From NCBI GenBank assembly GCA_951406725.2, contig OX597825.1, positions 17,112,001-17,176,000 on the forward strand: DNA of 64,000 nucleotides, read 5' to 3'. Positions within the stretch are counted from its first letter, which is position 1, and the number at the start of each line of letters is the position of its first letter. The translations under genes were made by a program, and so were the position numbers. Below the pieces are notes generated by a model. That model ran no database searches. It was given only the letters and a program-made list of their open reading frames with translations, and was not told the DNA's origin. This document shows positions 52,961-64,000 of this stretch, one piece after another. The stretch is from Octopus vulgaris. Taxonomy: Eukaryota.

Positions 52961-53374
52961 ACCTATTTAGTAATACCTGTTACTATGTAAATCTTGAAGC
53001 CGCCAAACCTGTTCCAAAAGAGAAGAAACTTTAGTGTAGAACGATTTGATGGCTAACAAACTGCATTGCTCTTAGTGTCAATATTTTCTATAGTGACACC
53101 GAATGCAGGTAACAGCCATACGTCGATCCATCAGTGTAAAATGATAGGTGGTCTAGCCAAAGACTTCCTAACAACAGAAATAATTAGGATGAAAATGAAT
53201 GTAACGTCTTTTCTCTTTGTTTGTTGTGGTCTACATTATTTGACAAAAGTTTGATCTCATGAAAATGGGGGACAACGCTGTATTTTTGTGACTTCGACAA
53301 TAATAATGAAATTGCGCGAGATCGTCGCATATACTTGTCTGTTTCTCAATAACTTGATTACTATGGTTATTAAT

Positions 53375-53689
53375 GTGGAGGCGCATTAGCCCAGTGGTTA
53401 GGGTAGTGGACTGGCGGTCGGAGGATCGCGGTTTCGATTCCCAGACCGGGCGTTGTGTGTGTGTATTAACCGAAAACACCTGAAAGCTTCAAGAGGCTCG
53501 GCAGGGAGGGGGGGGCGACCCCTGTTGTACTCTTTCGCCCCAACTTTCTCGCACTCTTTCTTCCTGTTTCTTGAGTAACGCTGCAATGGAAGGCGTCCCG
53601 GCCAGCTGGGGGGAACACATATGTCATAGAAACCGGGAAACCGGACCCATGAGCCTGGCTAGGCTTGAAAAGGGCGCAAAAGAAAAAAG
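53375..53689 (+). mobile_element. tRNA-derived SINE family C with V-domain-like tail type 3
   Basis: Head gcccagtggttaggg...ggtttcgattcccagacc, shared body, then ctgcaatggaaggcgtcccggccag; flanked by the TSD-like repeat atg(g/a)ttattaatgtgga. Confidence 0.88.
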
Positions 53690-54565
53690 ATGATTATTAA
53701 TGTGGATGAATGTCACCTGTAATTTTTTTTCCTGAGGTAGCCCTAAAAGTCGAAATGTCAGTGACCTCTAGCTACCTATGATTTAGAATGAAGCCGGCAA
53801 GAATACACGGTTTCCAGACACGTGACAAACAAGACGAGATATTTGTAACAAGCTTCACATCTGGCAATTCATTATACCAGAGTCAAAAACCTTAAACATT
53901 TTCAGGCAGTATGTAAAGTGGATGCTTCTGTACGTAGATATGTAGATGAAAAGTGTAAAAAAAAATGAGAACGAAAAGAAATTCAAGTACATTACCATGA
54001 TGATGCGTGAGTCAGGCAGCATCATTAATTACAATATCTGGATCAGAGACAGCAAGAGAGTTAAAAGCATTGGTCTTTAGGTTTAAAAACATATTTCGTT
54101 TGTGTGTGTAAAGTCATAAACACAAAATTCCCCTTGTATGCAAACAAGCTTACACACCTTCACATTTATCTATATATATAGATGTACACACCCAAACATG
54201 CATGCAAATACATAAATTAATAGACAGACACAGATAAAGTTAGTGGTGTGTTATTTTCAATGTAGTTTTACCCGCACCGTTCAAAATCATTTCATGTTTA
54301 ATTTCTGTAAAGTTAGTAGTACGAAAATAAATTATTCCCTAAAGTTAAAAACATCTACGCATTGGCATAGCAAAACAATAATGAATGTCATTCTGTTTTA
54401 GGAACATACAAGCACAACATGCCCGCTCATAAGACTCTTTTAATTCTTAATGAAGCGTGGTTTAGTTTAAACACGCATGCTTTTGTTTTCTTTGGCGTCA
54501 TAGAATACGAATGACAATTCTCTAACTTTATTCTGTTGTCAAGCTAGGAAAACAGGGAAGGTTTC

Positions 54566-55120
<555 letters not shown>

Positions 55121-55695
55121 TTATACTGGATTCTAGCCCCTCTGCGAAATACTCAGGGATTAATACCGACTAATATCTGCTTAGCATTAAAATATGTCGG
55201 ATGGTGTTTTTAAATGTCAGGTTAGTACGGACACAAAGATTTGCTCGCATTCATTACATGGAGCATTAGCAAAATGCAAAGGGCATTAATTAGAAAAACA
55301 TGAGGAGATATATTATCAGGCACGAAGAGTAATTCCCGTCAAGTAAATGGCGATGCCATTAGGAATGACTAAGATATTTCCTATTAAAACCTGAATAACG
55401 TATTAGATTTGTTAAAAAAAGAGAAACAATTCCCTGTGGGTGACATTTACAGCTATTTTCCGGATGAAACAATGAACTACATAATGTTTCAAAGTCACAA
55501 TGTCAATACATATAAACATACATACTTATGTATGTATGTATGTATGTATGTATGTATGTATGCATGTGGTGTGTGAGTTTGTGTGTGTAAATGTATGTGT
55601 GGAAACAGCGGAATGTAATACAAAAGCTGACTTGAACAAACAAACAGGTTATATATGTATATGTATATATATACACACATATATATATATTTATA

Positions 55696-55746
<51 letters not shown>

Positions 55747-55770
55747 TATATATATATGTGTATATATGTA

Positions 55771-55858
<88 letters not shown>

Positions 55859-56079
55859 TACATATTTTTCACATCAGAGATAATGCGTTGTTATGATATG
55901 CTAATACATCAAATTCATTACTAAGATTAGATAAATGGCATCTCTGTGCCACAAATACATTATTGTTGAATAGGTGTAAAAAGCCTAAAACACATCCAAG
56001 CATATACATATACTTACAATCATGCAAGCGTACATTTGTACAAGTATGTTCATGTATATATATTCAGCTTGCGATGGAT

Positions 56080-56900
56080 ATACTGTCGCCATTTTATCCT
56101 TTTAACTTCGCGTATGCCTATTGTTTGTTTTTCATTTGTCGACTACATAGTATAACAGGGTCTTTGAGCATCGTTTGAGAGAAAAACAGCACTATGATGC
56201 ATGTCACTCTGCCAGGAATTTGTGAACGCCTTGTTGTACTGCTTGGCATTAATATTTCAGAGTGTTTGGGTGACAATCTGAGGACAGTGCATGTACGGAG
56301 AGTGGTAAAAATCAAACAACCAGTTAATGTCATGGTGTTTGGAATGATCACTAGTGGTGGTGACGTTATGCCTCCCTTCTTCTTCTCATCCAGCTTCAGA
56401 CTCAACACGGAAGCATACACCAAGTGCCTGGAGGACGCAGTGCTGCCCTGGGTCAAGAGGGTGGCTGCTAGAGGACCCTGTGTCTGGCAACAGGAATCTG
56501 CACCATGCCTCACAAGCAGGATAACCCAATCATGGCTGTGAGAGAACTTTGGTGACCACATCACCCCTAAGATCTGGCCACCTAACTCCTTAGACTTCAA
56601 CCCGATACACTATCATGTTTCGGGCGCAGTTATACGAGAGACCAACCAAACTCCTTGTAACACCAAAGATAAACTGAAGGCAAGGATTATGACAGCATTC
56701 ACCAACGTAAACAAGGAGAATGTCCAGATTAGTTGCAGGAGATTCCGAAGTTGTATGGAGTCCTTGGTTGAAGCCAATGCGATTTTATTGCATAAAATTT
56801 ACTATTTAATATAGGAAGATACTTTTTGGTATGTTGGTAAATATATCTGTTAAAATGAGATATCAGTGTTATTTTATTTTTTGCGTAATTCAGAACCCGT
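56080..56900 (+). mobile_element. Internally deleted maT/DD37D-like Tc1/mariner transposon
   Basis: VMVFGMITSGGDVMPPFFF, VWQQESAPC, WPPNSLDFNP, CRRFRSCMESLVEAN; stop codons present. Confidence 0.85.
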
Positions 56901-57064
56901 ACACACACATATGAATATATACATAATTCAAATTTATAGGGAAAAAAAGACAAAGAGAGTTTTAGGAACAACAAGCATATACGTCAGGAATCCCGTGGCG
57001 TCCTTGGAGTCTGTATTCCTAGTTCAGATACGGAAAATGCAATTCACGAGACTCATTATTCAGG

Positions 57065-57167
57065 TTCAATACAATTGTTTCGACTCATCCTGCAACTGCA
57101 CCTCACCGGTAGGATTGCCTACATTTATTTCTCTTCCGTCACAGGTGCAGATCTCTTCTCAGTTGAC
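57065..57167 (-). ncRNA. Degenerate type I hammerhead motif with long stem II
   Basis: Minus: TCAA CTGAgaAGA ga..CTGCACCT...AGGTGCAG...gtc GAAA CAATTG T A TTGA; same stem III as 35628-35670; core has a 2 nt insertion. Confidence 0.45.
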
Positions 57168-57184
57168 TTTTTAAACAAGACCCT

Positions 57185-57589
57185 CTTTCAGAACTCTTTC
57201 CAGAGGTAAACGCAATTTTTCATGATGATAATGCATCAATTCACACAGCTAAAGTTGTTATTGAATGGCACGAGAAACAGTCTAGTGAAGTTGAACATCT
57301 TATCTGGCCACCACAGTCCCCAGATCTCAATATTATTGAACATTTATGGTACATTTTATAAAAACAAATAAGGAGTCGATAGTCGATATCCCTCACCATC
57401 ATTACTACATGAACTGGAAACTGTTTTAGCTGAAGAATGGACAAAAATTCCTTTGGAAACAATTCAAATTTCGTACGAGTCCATACCTCGTAGAATTCAA
57501 GCTGTAATTACTGCCAAAGGCGGTCCTACTCTATATTAAAATAAATTTGTTTGAAATTTTAAGGTGTTTTCATTATTTTGTCCAACCCC

Positions 57590-57591
<2 letters not shown>
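57185..57591 (+). mobile_element. Tc1 (DD34E) transposon 3' fragment with right TIR
   Basis: FHDDNASIH...WPPQSPDLNIIEHLW...SIPRRIQAVITAKGGPTLY*; ends ttttgtccaacccctg. Confidence 0.9.
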
Positions 57592-57641
<50 letters not shown>

Positions 57642-58477
57642 TACTGAATTCATATAGCCTAAATGTATCTATATTCTCCGGTTCACGTGTGCTTGCTCGT
57701 CTAAAATATCACATGCATCTAAAAGAGACATATTCTAAAACATTGTTTTGACAGACCAGTTGAAAGCAAATAAACTCGTGATAAACTCTATGGAACCCGA
57801 TATATCCTCATTTGTTTTCTGATTATCATAATAATGAATGAATGGGCCATTTGTAAAATATCACCACCACTGCGTATCTTCATTGCAAGACCTTCCAGAA
57901 TTGAGCAACAGATTAGATTCTGTATCATTTACAAATTTGTTCCGTTTGTTTTATTAAGGTGGAGTGCAGGGATTCGAGATAGGTTTAGTTGACATTCATA
58001 GCAGGTCCCACATAGATGCCGACTCGTCCTCATTGGCTTGTAATCACATTTGTTGAAGCATAATGCGTTAATAAAAATTTGTATCTTCATGAGAAATTTG
58101 TATTCTGATAGTTAGGTTAAAACGTAACAAATTTTATTCGTGCAGCGCATTGTAAGTCAAAACATAGTTAAGTTGGTAGCTGCATCTCTGATATGAAACA
58201 TTGAAGATATACATAACTTACAATCTCATGTACATAACTTACAATTTCAATTTTCAAATATGCTCATTTATTGCAGACTTGTTTGCATGTATTGCCATCT
58301 CAAGTTTTACCATAATGGGTGATAGTGTTATACATGTAATATAGAAAATAATTAACACTGGAAACCATTAATTATTAATAGAAATAAATAATTAATGACG
58401 CGGTGCAGTCTAGTCTATAAAATATTACGATTACAAACACATCTGCGATATGTTTCGACATACCCACACTCATACAT

Positions 58478-58518
<41 letters not shown>

Positions 58519-58600
58519 TAAATATAAATATAGTGGAAAAGATTTCTGTTTGATATAGAATCTCCGGTGTATTGTATATCACATTGGTATAGTTTTCTAC

Positions 58601-58905
58601 AGTGAAGGCACATAAGTCAGTGTTAGAACTTACACTCGTGAGGCCGAGTTCGAATCCTTACCCGGGATGCGTGTTGTCTTGAGCAAGACCCTTTTTTTCA
58701 CGTTGCTGCAGTTCACTCAGCTTTAGAAATGAGCTGAGACGTCACAGGTGCCAAGCTGTATCAGCCTTTGCCTTTCCTTTGGATAACATCAGTGGTGTGG
58801 AGAGGTGAGGCCGGTATGCATGGGCAACTGCTGGTCTTCCATAAACAACCTTGGAGGGTAACTTTCTAGGTGCAATCCCATGGTCAATCATGACCGAAGG
58901 GAGGT
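58601..58905 (+). mobile_element. CORE-like SINE family D
   Basis: gagttcgaatcc B-box, gtcttgagcaagac...cagttcactcagct body; homologous to 5275-5608. Confidence 0.78.
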
Positions 58906-59039
58906 CCCAGCAGTATTCTACGTTGCTATGAATTGGTATTCATAAGAGATTCCATACGAAGGTAAATAATGCGGTAGTGGTGTTTAGAAACGAGATGTAT
59001 GTCGATATTGAGGTAGTTTACCTTGTATTAATTAGTCAA

Positions 59040-59410
59040 GCCGAAGCTTTATGTTCATCATAGATTCTAGGTGCAAATCCTGTAAATACGTTAAAGAGCC
59101 TGCTGTCTTACAGTGTCTCTTTCCGCTCATTATATGCTTTGGTACTTGGTTGTCAATTATCGTGATATCGTTATTATAATCTGCTATCATGTAGTTATCG
59201 TATTTATTCATGTTTCTTTGAATACCTCAGCTGCGGATCTAGGGTGTAAAGCTTTATTATCTTTTCGGCTATAAGACTCCTTTTACAGATTTCATATATA
59301 TATGGTAGACAGTATTTTGCTGGATAACAACCCTCACCTGAAGATATTGATTTTCAATGGTAGTTGACAGGGTAAAATCCATATTAAACTCTTTATTTTA
59401 GTATTTCATA
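59040..59410 (+). mobile_element. Possible decayed Penelope 3' region with a dead hammerhead
   Basis: DSRCKSCKYVKE resembles the PLE pre-GIY-YIG Cys motif; accct...CTGAAGA t ATTGA-ttt-TCAAT...agggt at ~59330-59375. Confidence 0.3.
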
Positions 59411-59779
59411 GTTGTGGCGATGGTCACGGCATCCCCTGCGAGAATAGAATTAACCGAACGTCTATAAATAATAGCGGTCTTAGCGAGAGACAGAGACAGA
59501 ATAGGCGTTAATCGAAGGTTTCTTAAGGTGCTGTTTTGCTAGCTTGACGGAATATCGTGTGTTGGTATCTGTATAGTTCGTGAAGTGTTTGCTGGATTAT
59601 TACGTTTTTGTTACCCTTCTTCGTTATATATTATATTGCTACTACATCTTTATAGAGTAAACAATTATCGTCATAAATAATGGCGATACTAGAATAATTG
59701 GCGACGAGTAACCAGGTTACAAAACTAGTATATGCAAGTATAATATTTTAGTTTTTTCTTGAATCTAATATGAAACACA

Positions 59780-60390
59780 AATACCCGGCTTGCTCAGCGA
59801 TTTCCACTTCATCGACGTTTTCAGAAACGTTAATCTTCGTTTCTACAATTGTTTATACATTTCTTTCAAAGCAAAGCCGAATATTTTCCACTGAATTATT
59901 ACTGCATTTTCAATATGTTCCACAATGTTGCACTCATTTTGAGCTGTTTGTGTTACGATAAAACGTATTTTACACGCTACTCTATATCCTAACACATTCT
60001 ATGTTGTAGGTGAAAAGTCCTGCTTATCAATCATTATCTTCATTCAGTGTACATTTAAGGACTGTACCTGCGCAGCTAAAATCAATCCTTCGTTATCTGT
60101 CTTCAATACACATTTCTCCATCAAAAAATCGCCTATCTTTTTCTTTCCTCATATCTTTATATTTTTGTTTTCGATAAGATCATTGGATTGCACTTCTCGA
60201 CTCAAAGTTTGTGTTTCTTTTTTCCACATTTCCCCTTTTTCTTTCCTTTGGGTTATAATAAATCTCTAAATAACATGTTCCTTATCTCACAAGGAAGGAC
60301 TTCTTTCTTTCCTCAATAGAATCCAAAGCCTGATTGCTTTTTTGTTTTAATCCCCTTCATTCTAGTTTAACGGCTCACATGTAATGAAGG
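59780..60390 (-). mobile_element. Old R4/Dong-like fragment
   Basis: Minus: LKTDNEGLILAAQVQSL...MIDKQDFSP matches LKSETEGIIIAAQDQCL of the 41665-43365 ORF. Confidence 0.65.
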
Positions 60391-60410
60391 ATGCAGGCTT
60401 CTGCAAATTG

Positions 60411-60826
60411 CCTTCTTCTTCTTCTTCTTCTTCTTCTTCTTCTTCTTCTTCTTCTTCTTCTTCTTCTTCTTCTTCTTCTTCTTCTTCTTCTTCTTCTTCT
60501 TCTTCTTCTTCTTCTTCTTCTTCTCCTTCTTCTTATTGTTCTTTTTCTTCTACCTCTTCTTATTGTTCTTCTACTTCTACTTCTTCTTTTTCTTTTTCTT
60601 TTTCTTCTGCTTTTTCTTCTTCTACTATTTCTTCTTGTTCTTTTTTCTTGTCCTTCTTGTTCTTTGTCTTTTTCTTCTTCTTGTTCTTTTTCTTCTTCTT
60701 GTTCTCTTTCTTCTTGTTCTTGTTCTTGTTCTTCTTCTTCTTCTTCTTGTTCTTTTTCCTTCTTCTTCTTCTTCCTCTTCTTCTTGTTCTTTTTCTACTT
60801 CTTGTTCTTCTTCTTCTTCGTCTTAC

Positions 60827-60859
<33 letters not shown>

Positions 60860-60880
60860 GATGATGATGATCATCATCAT
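60411..60880. repeat. (CTT)n and derived polypyrimidine tract followed by (TTA)n/(ATG)n/(ATC)n
   Basis: Directly visible. Confidence 0.95.
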
Positions 60881-61096
60881 CAAGGCAGAATTGTTAGCAC
60901 ACCGCGGAAAATGCTTGGCAGTTTTTCGCCCGTCGTTACGTTCTGAGTTGAAATTTCGCCGAGATCGACTTTGCCTTTCATCCGTTCGGGGTCGATAAAT
61001 TAAGTATCAGTCAGGTTCTGTGGTGGATGTGATCGACTTACTCCTCCACACAAATTTCAAGCCTTGTACCTACTGTAAAAAGGATTATTATTATTA

Positions 61097-61149
<53 letters not shown>

Positions 61150-61974
61150 GAGTGAGAGAGCAGTTCATGCCATCAAAGTGACACTGGGGTAAAATATACG
61201 AAGCCCAATATACCCATCATGACTACCCGTCTGATAAAGGTACACCAGGCACATGCATCACAACCATATGTGCGCGACATGGTGATCTCATATCAAGATA
61301 AACAGCACATGACCTTGTAGGTGGGGTCCAGTTAGAATTTTCTTCAGGTTGAGTAGCCCATCCCGCTCAAACGGTCCCTGAATAAGGGTTGTTTAAGGCT
61401 GTTGAAAGAACCACCCATGTCTCCAGAGGTGAACTATTCAAACCCCAAATAATCCCTCTCAACACATGGCTATGATGCTCCCCCACTACTTCTGCTCGTG
61501 ATCAGAGATGCACATATCGTCAGCCACTAAGGGACATGCTCAACTGGTTAAGGTCAAACAACTGACAAGCAAATCTGTGGTATTGAGCAGAATATTTGCT
61601 GTAGCCCATCTTTTATACCAAGACAAAACAATGTACATGATAACACTTCCAATTAGTTAAGATCAGAAGCCATGAGAGCCTCTGCCTGGTACTGCATCAG
61701 GGCATTTATTATTATTATTATTATTAACGGCGCGATGGGGCAGAATCGTTATCACGCCAGGCAAAAAGCTTAGCAGGTATTTCACCTGTCTGTACTATCT
61801 GAGTTCAAATTCTACCGAGGTCAACATTGCCTTTCATCCTTTCGGAGTCTTTAAACTTAGTACCAGTGTAACACTGGGGTCGTTGTAACCGAGTAGTCAC
61901 CTCCCACAAATATCAAGCCTTATGCCTTCAGTAGAAAAAGTTTTTATCATTATTGATGTTGTTGTTGTTGTTGC

Positions 61975-62007
<33 letters not shown>

Positions 62008-62274
62008 TGTTGTTGTTGTTGTTGGTGGTGTTCTTGTTACTATTAAGGTAGTGAGCTGGAAAAATCGTAACATGCCTGAAAAATTCTTAGCGGCTTTTCA
62101 TGTGTCTTTACGTTCTGTGTTCAAATTCGATCGAGGTCGACATTGCCATTCAATCTTTTGGGGCAAAATAAAATAAGTACCAGCAAAGTACTGGTGACGT
62201 TATAATCGACTAGCTCTCTCTCCTCCAAAACTCCAGGCCTTGTGCCTATAGTAGAAAGGACTTCTACGATAACG

Positions 62275-62310
<36 letters not shown>

Positions 62311-62500
62311 TGAAGGTGGTGCGCTGGTAGAATTGTCAGCGCAGCGGACAAAATGTTTAGCATTATATTTACTGGCTCTTTGGGTTCTTAGTTCAAGTAC
62401 AACCAAGATCAACACTTGTTTTCAGCATTTCAGAATAGTTATTTTCAGAATAGTTAAATCGATGTAATCGATTAACGTCCGCTTCCCAAAATTCCTCTCC
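60881..62500 (+). mobile_element. Chain of four old SINE family B copies (60881-61085, 61727-61940, 62045-62260, 62312-62500) separated by trinucleotide arrays
   Basis: Each has a g(a)gctggcagaat-like head and gagttcaaat B-box; the first three end in ccttgtgcct...agaaagga-like tails. All in the same orientation. Confidence 0.75.
61150..61705 (-). mobile_element. ~555 bp non-coding element embedded in (TAA)n; putative non-autonomous Dong partner
   Basis: Flanked on both sides by (TTA)n; second, deleted copy at 38966-39190; no tRNA head, TIR or ORF. Strand inferred from array orientation. Confidence 0.65.
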
Positions 62501-62501
62501 T

Positions 62502-63869
62502 CTATAGCACGACACTGCTTAGACTCTCAACTAAATGTGTCTTCCTGTTAGCTAACCCCTTGGCCTGAAGCTTCTCATCAGTGTTTATCAGATTTACAGA
62601 CAGAAAATTACCAATGTGAACCCCTTTTCAGTCACTTCTCAGCTGAGCAATCGCTCCTCGACACACAGAACTGTAAATTTTCCCCTCTGTTATTATTGTG
62701 CAAGAGTTCGCAAGTGGCTATTGAATTTTGTCGTTGCGAATAAAGTTCATTTCGTTTTTGTTGTGCCATTTTCTTATTAAGTCCACCAACATCTTTAGAG
62801 GTTAGATGGGTTTAGATTATTTTCGCTCGGAATGGAATAACTGCAACAGGACATCCAAATAATAACTAGATAGCGTATTCTAAAAACAAGTAGATAAAGA
62901 TAGCGTAAGCTGTCTACAGTCTAAAGCGGTCAGATACACAAACCAAACCGTTTTGACCTGTAAGATTAACAGAAATTAGTTTCGTCGGCAAGGGTCTGAA
63001 TGCTGGATGCGTCGCTGCTTGAGTGCCAAGCTTACAGAAGGCAGATTGGTAAATTAATTGAATTGAAATTGACGGAGGCAATTGTCAACAACAAATAGTG
63101 GTCCACCCCGAAACGAGGTGTTAAAGTAGGCTCAGTTAAGTTTAGTATAGTCGTACCTAGAAAGACGGGAAATTTAGTAAGAATGATAAGAAGGCGCTTA
63201 GTAAAAGCATCGCAACCGATTTATTTGCTGTAATATAGTTCTTCATTACGAAACACAAATGATTCATTGTTAAAGTTAAGCCGGTCTCTCTAAGAAACGA
63301 GGGAATGGAAGTCGTTCGAGCGGCTGGAATGGCAGACAAGAAACGGAGCAACAATGCCACAATTCGGTGTTCAGCGGATCATAATGGGAGCATGTTACTC
63401 GAGGCCTAAGCAGATGTATAAAGCTTTTCTGCAACAATTCGGTACACTTTTCAGTCGAATGGCGATCCAGAACGCCGCATAGTCTGCAATTCCTATTTTA
63501 ACGGCCTGTCAGGATTCTCAGCAAAGGAAGTCGAGTTTTGCACAATGTTTGTTACGACTGCGGGAACAAGGAAAGCGATGTTCGGTTGTACAGGAGGATA
63601 TGCACCTGGTTTGGCTTATCTTCATTGCGAGCTTTTCATTGATAAGCCGGATTTGTTTGAAATATCTACCGCAACTAGCAGTCGAGCGGCGAATTCCCAG
63701 TTTTGTGCGTCGAGAAACGATTGCTCAGCTGAGAAGCGACTGAAAAGGGGTTCACGTTGGTAATATTCTGTCCGTAAATCTGATAAACACTGATGACAAA
63801 CTTTAGGCCAAGATGTTAGCTAACACGAAGGCATATTTAGTTGCGAGTCTGAGCAGTGTCGTGCCATAG
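62502..63869 (-). mobile_element. Decayed Penelope-like RT bounded by ~180 bp inverted repeats
   Basis: 62502-62680 is the diverged reverse complement of 63692-63869. Minus-strand remnants in order: QLSN, CISSCTTE, KLYTS, LTMNHLCF..QQI..VAM, VDNC, HPAF. Confidence 0.6.
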
Positions 63870-64000
63870 ATTTTGGATTTGCTAGTAATGAGTATTAATC
63901 TATTACACCACTTATCTTTTTTTATATATATTAAACTAAAATCAGAACTCGATTATTGAGAAACATTGCATCTTACAATTTCTTTTTAATCTAAGGCCGA

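Noticed and set aside
53375-53450. SINE heads as functional tRNA genes
   Set aside because: No complete cloverleaf; they continue into SINE bodies.
53725-53770. CTGAGGT..GTCGAAATGTCAG as a hammerhead relic (also 51635-51670)
   Set aside because: Core and stems too degenerate to separate from chance.
63785-63830. CTGATGA in the inverted-repeat arms as a hammerhead
   Set aside because: No downstream stem II-GAAA or stem I partner.

Overview
AT-rich eukaryotic genomic DNA packed with microsatellites ((TA)n, (CA)n, (GATA)n, (TTA)n, (CTT)n) and transposon debris. The SINE families and repeat density look like an octopus genome; this is inferred from pattern recognition, not a database search. 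No host protein-coding exon was recognised, and most ORFs in the track are translated microsatellites. The only long real reading frame is a 5'-truncated R4/Dong-clade non-LTR retrotransposon (RT plus restriction-like endonuclease, 41443-43365, minus) inside a (TAA)n array. At least seven more Dong-like remnants occur, four of them stacked in one array at 31.7-33.5 kb. Also present are four tRNA-derived SINE families, Tc1/mariner and Chapaev3-like DNA transposon remnants, RTE/CR1/Penelope fragments, a Helitron-like element and a tRNA-Glu fragment. The most interesting signal is a dispersed set of minimal type I hammerhead ribozyme motifs with palindromic stem III (Penelope pLTR/retrozyme type). 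One is intact (35628-35670), and a two-copy family replaces the C3-G8 core pair with U-A or G-U. Calls on decayed elements come from manual translation, so their boundaries are approximate.
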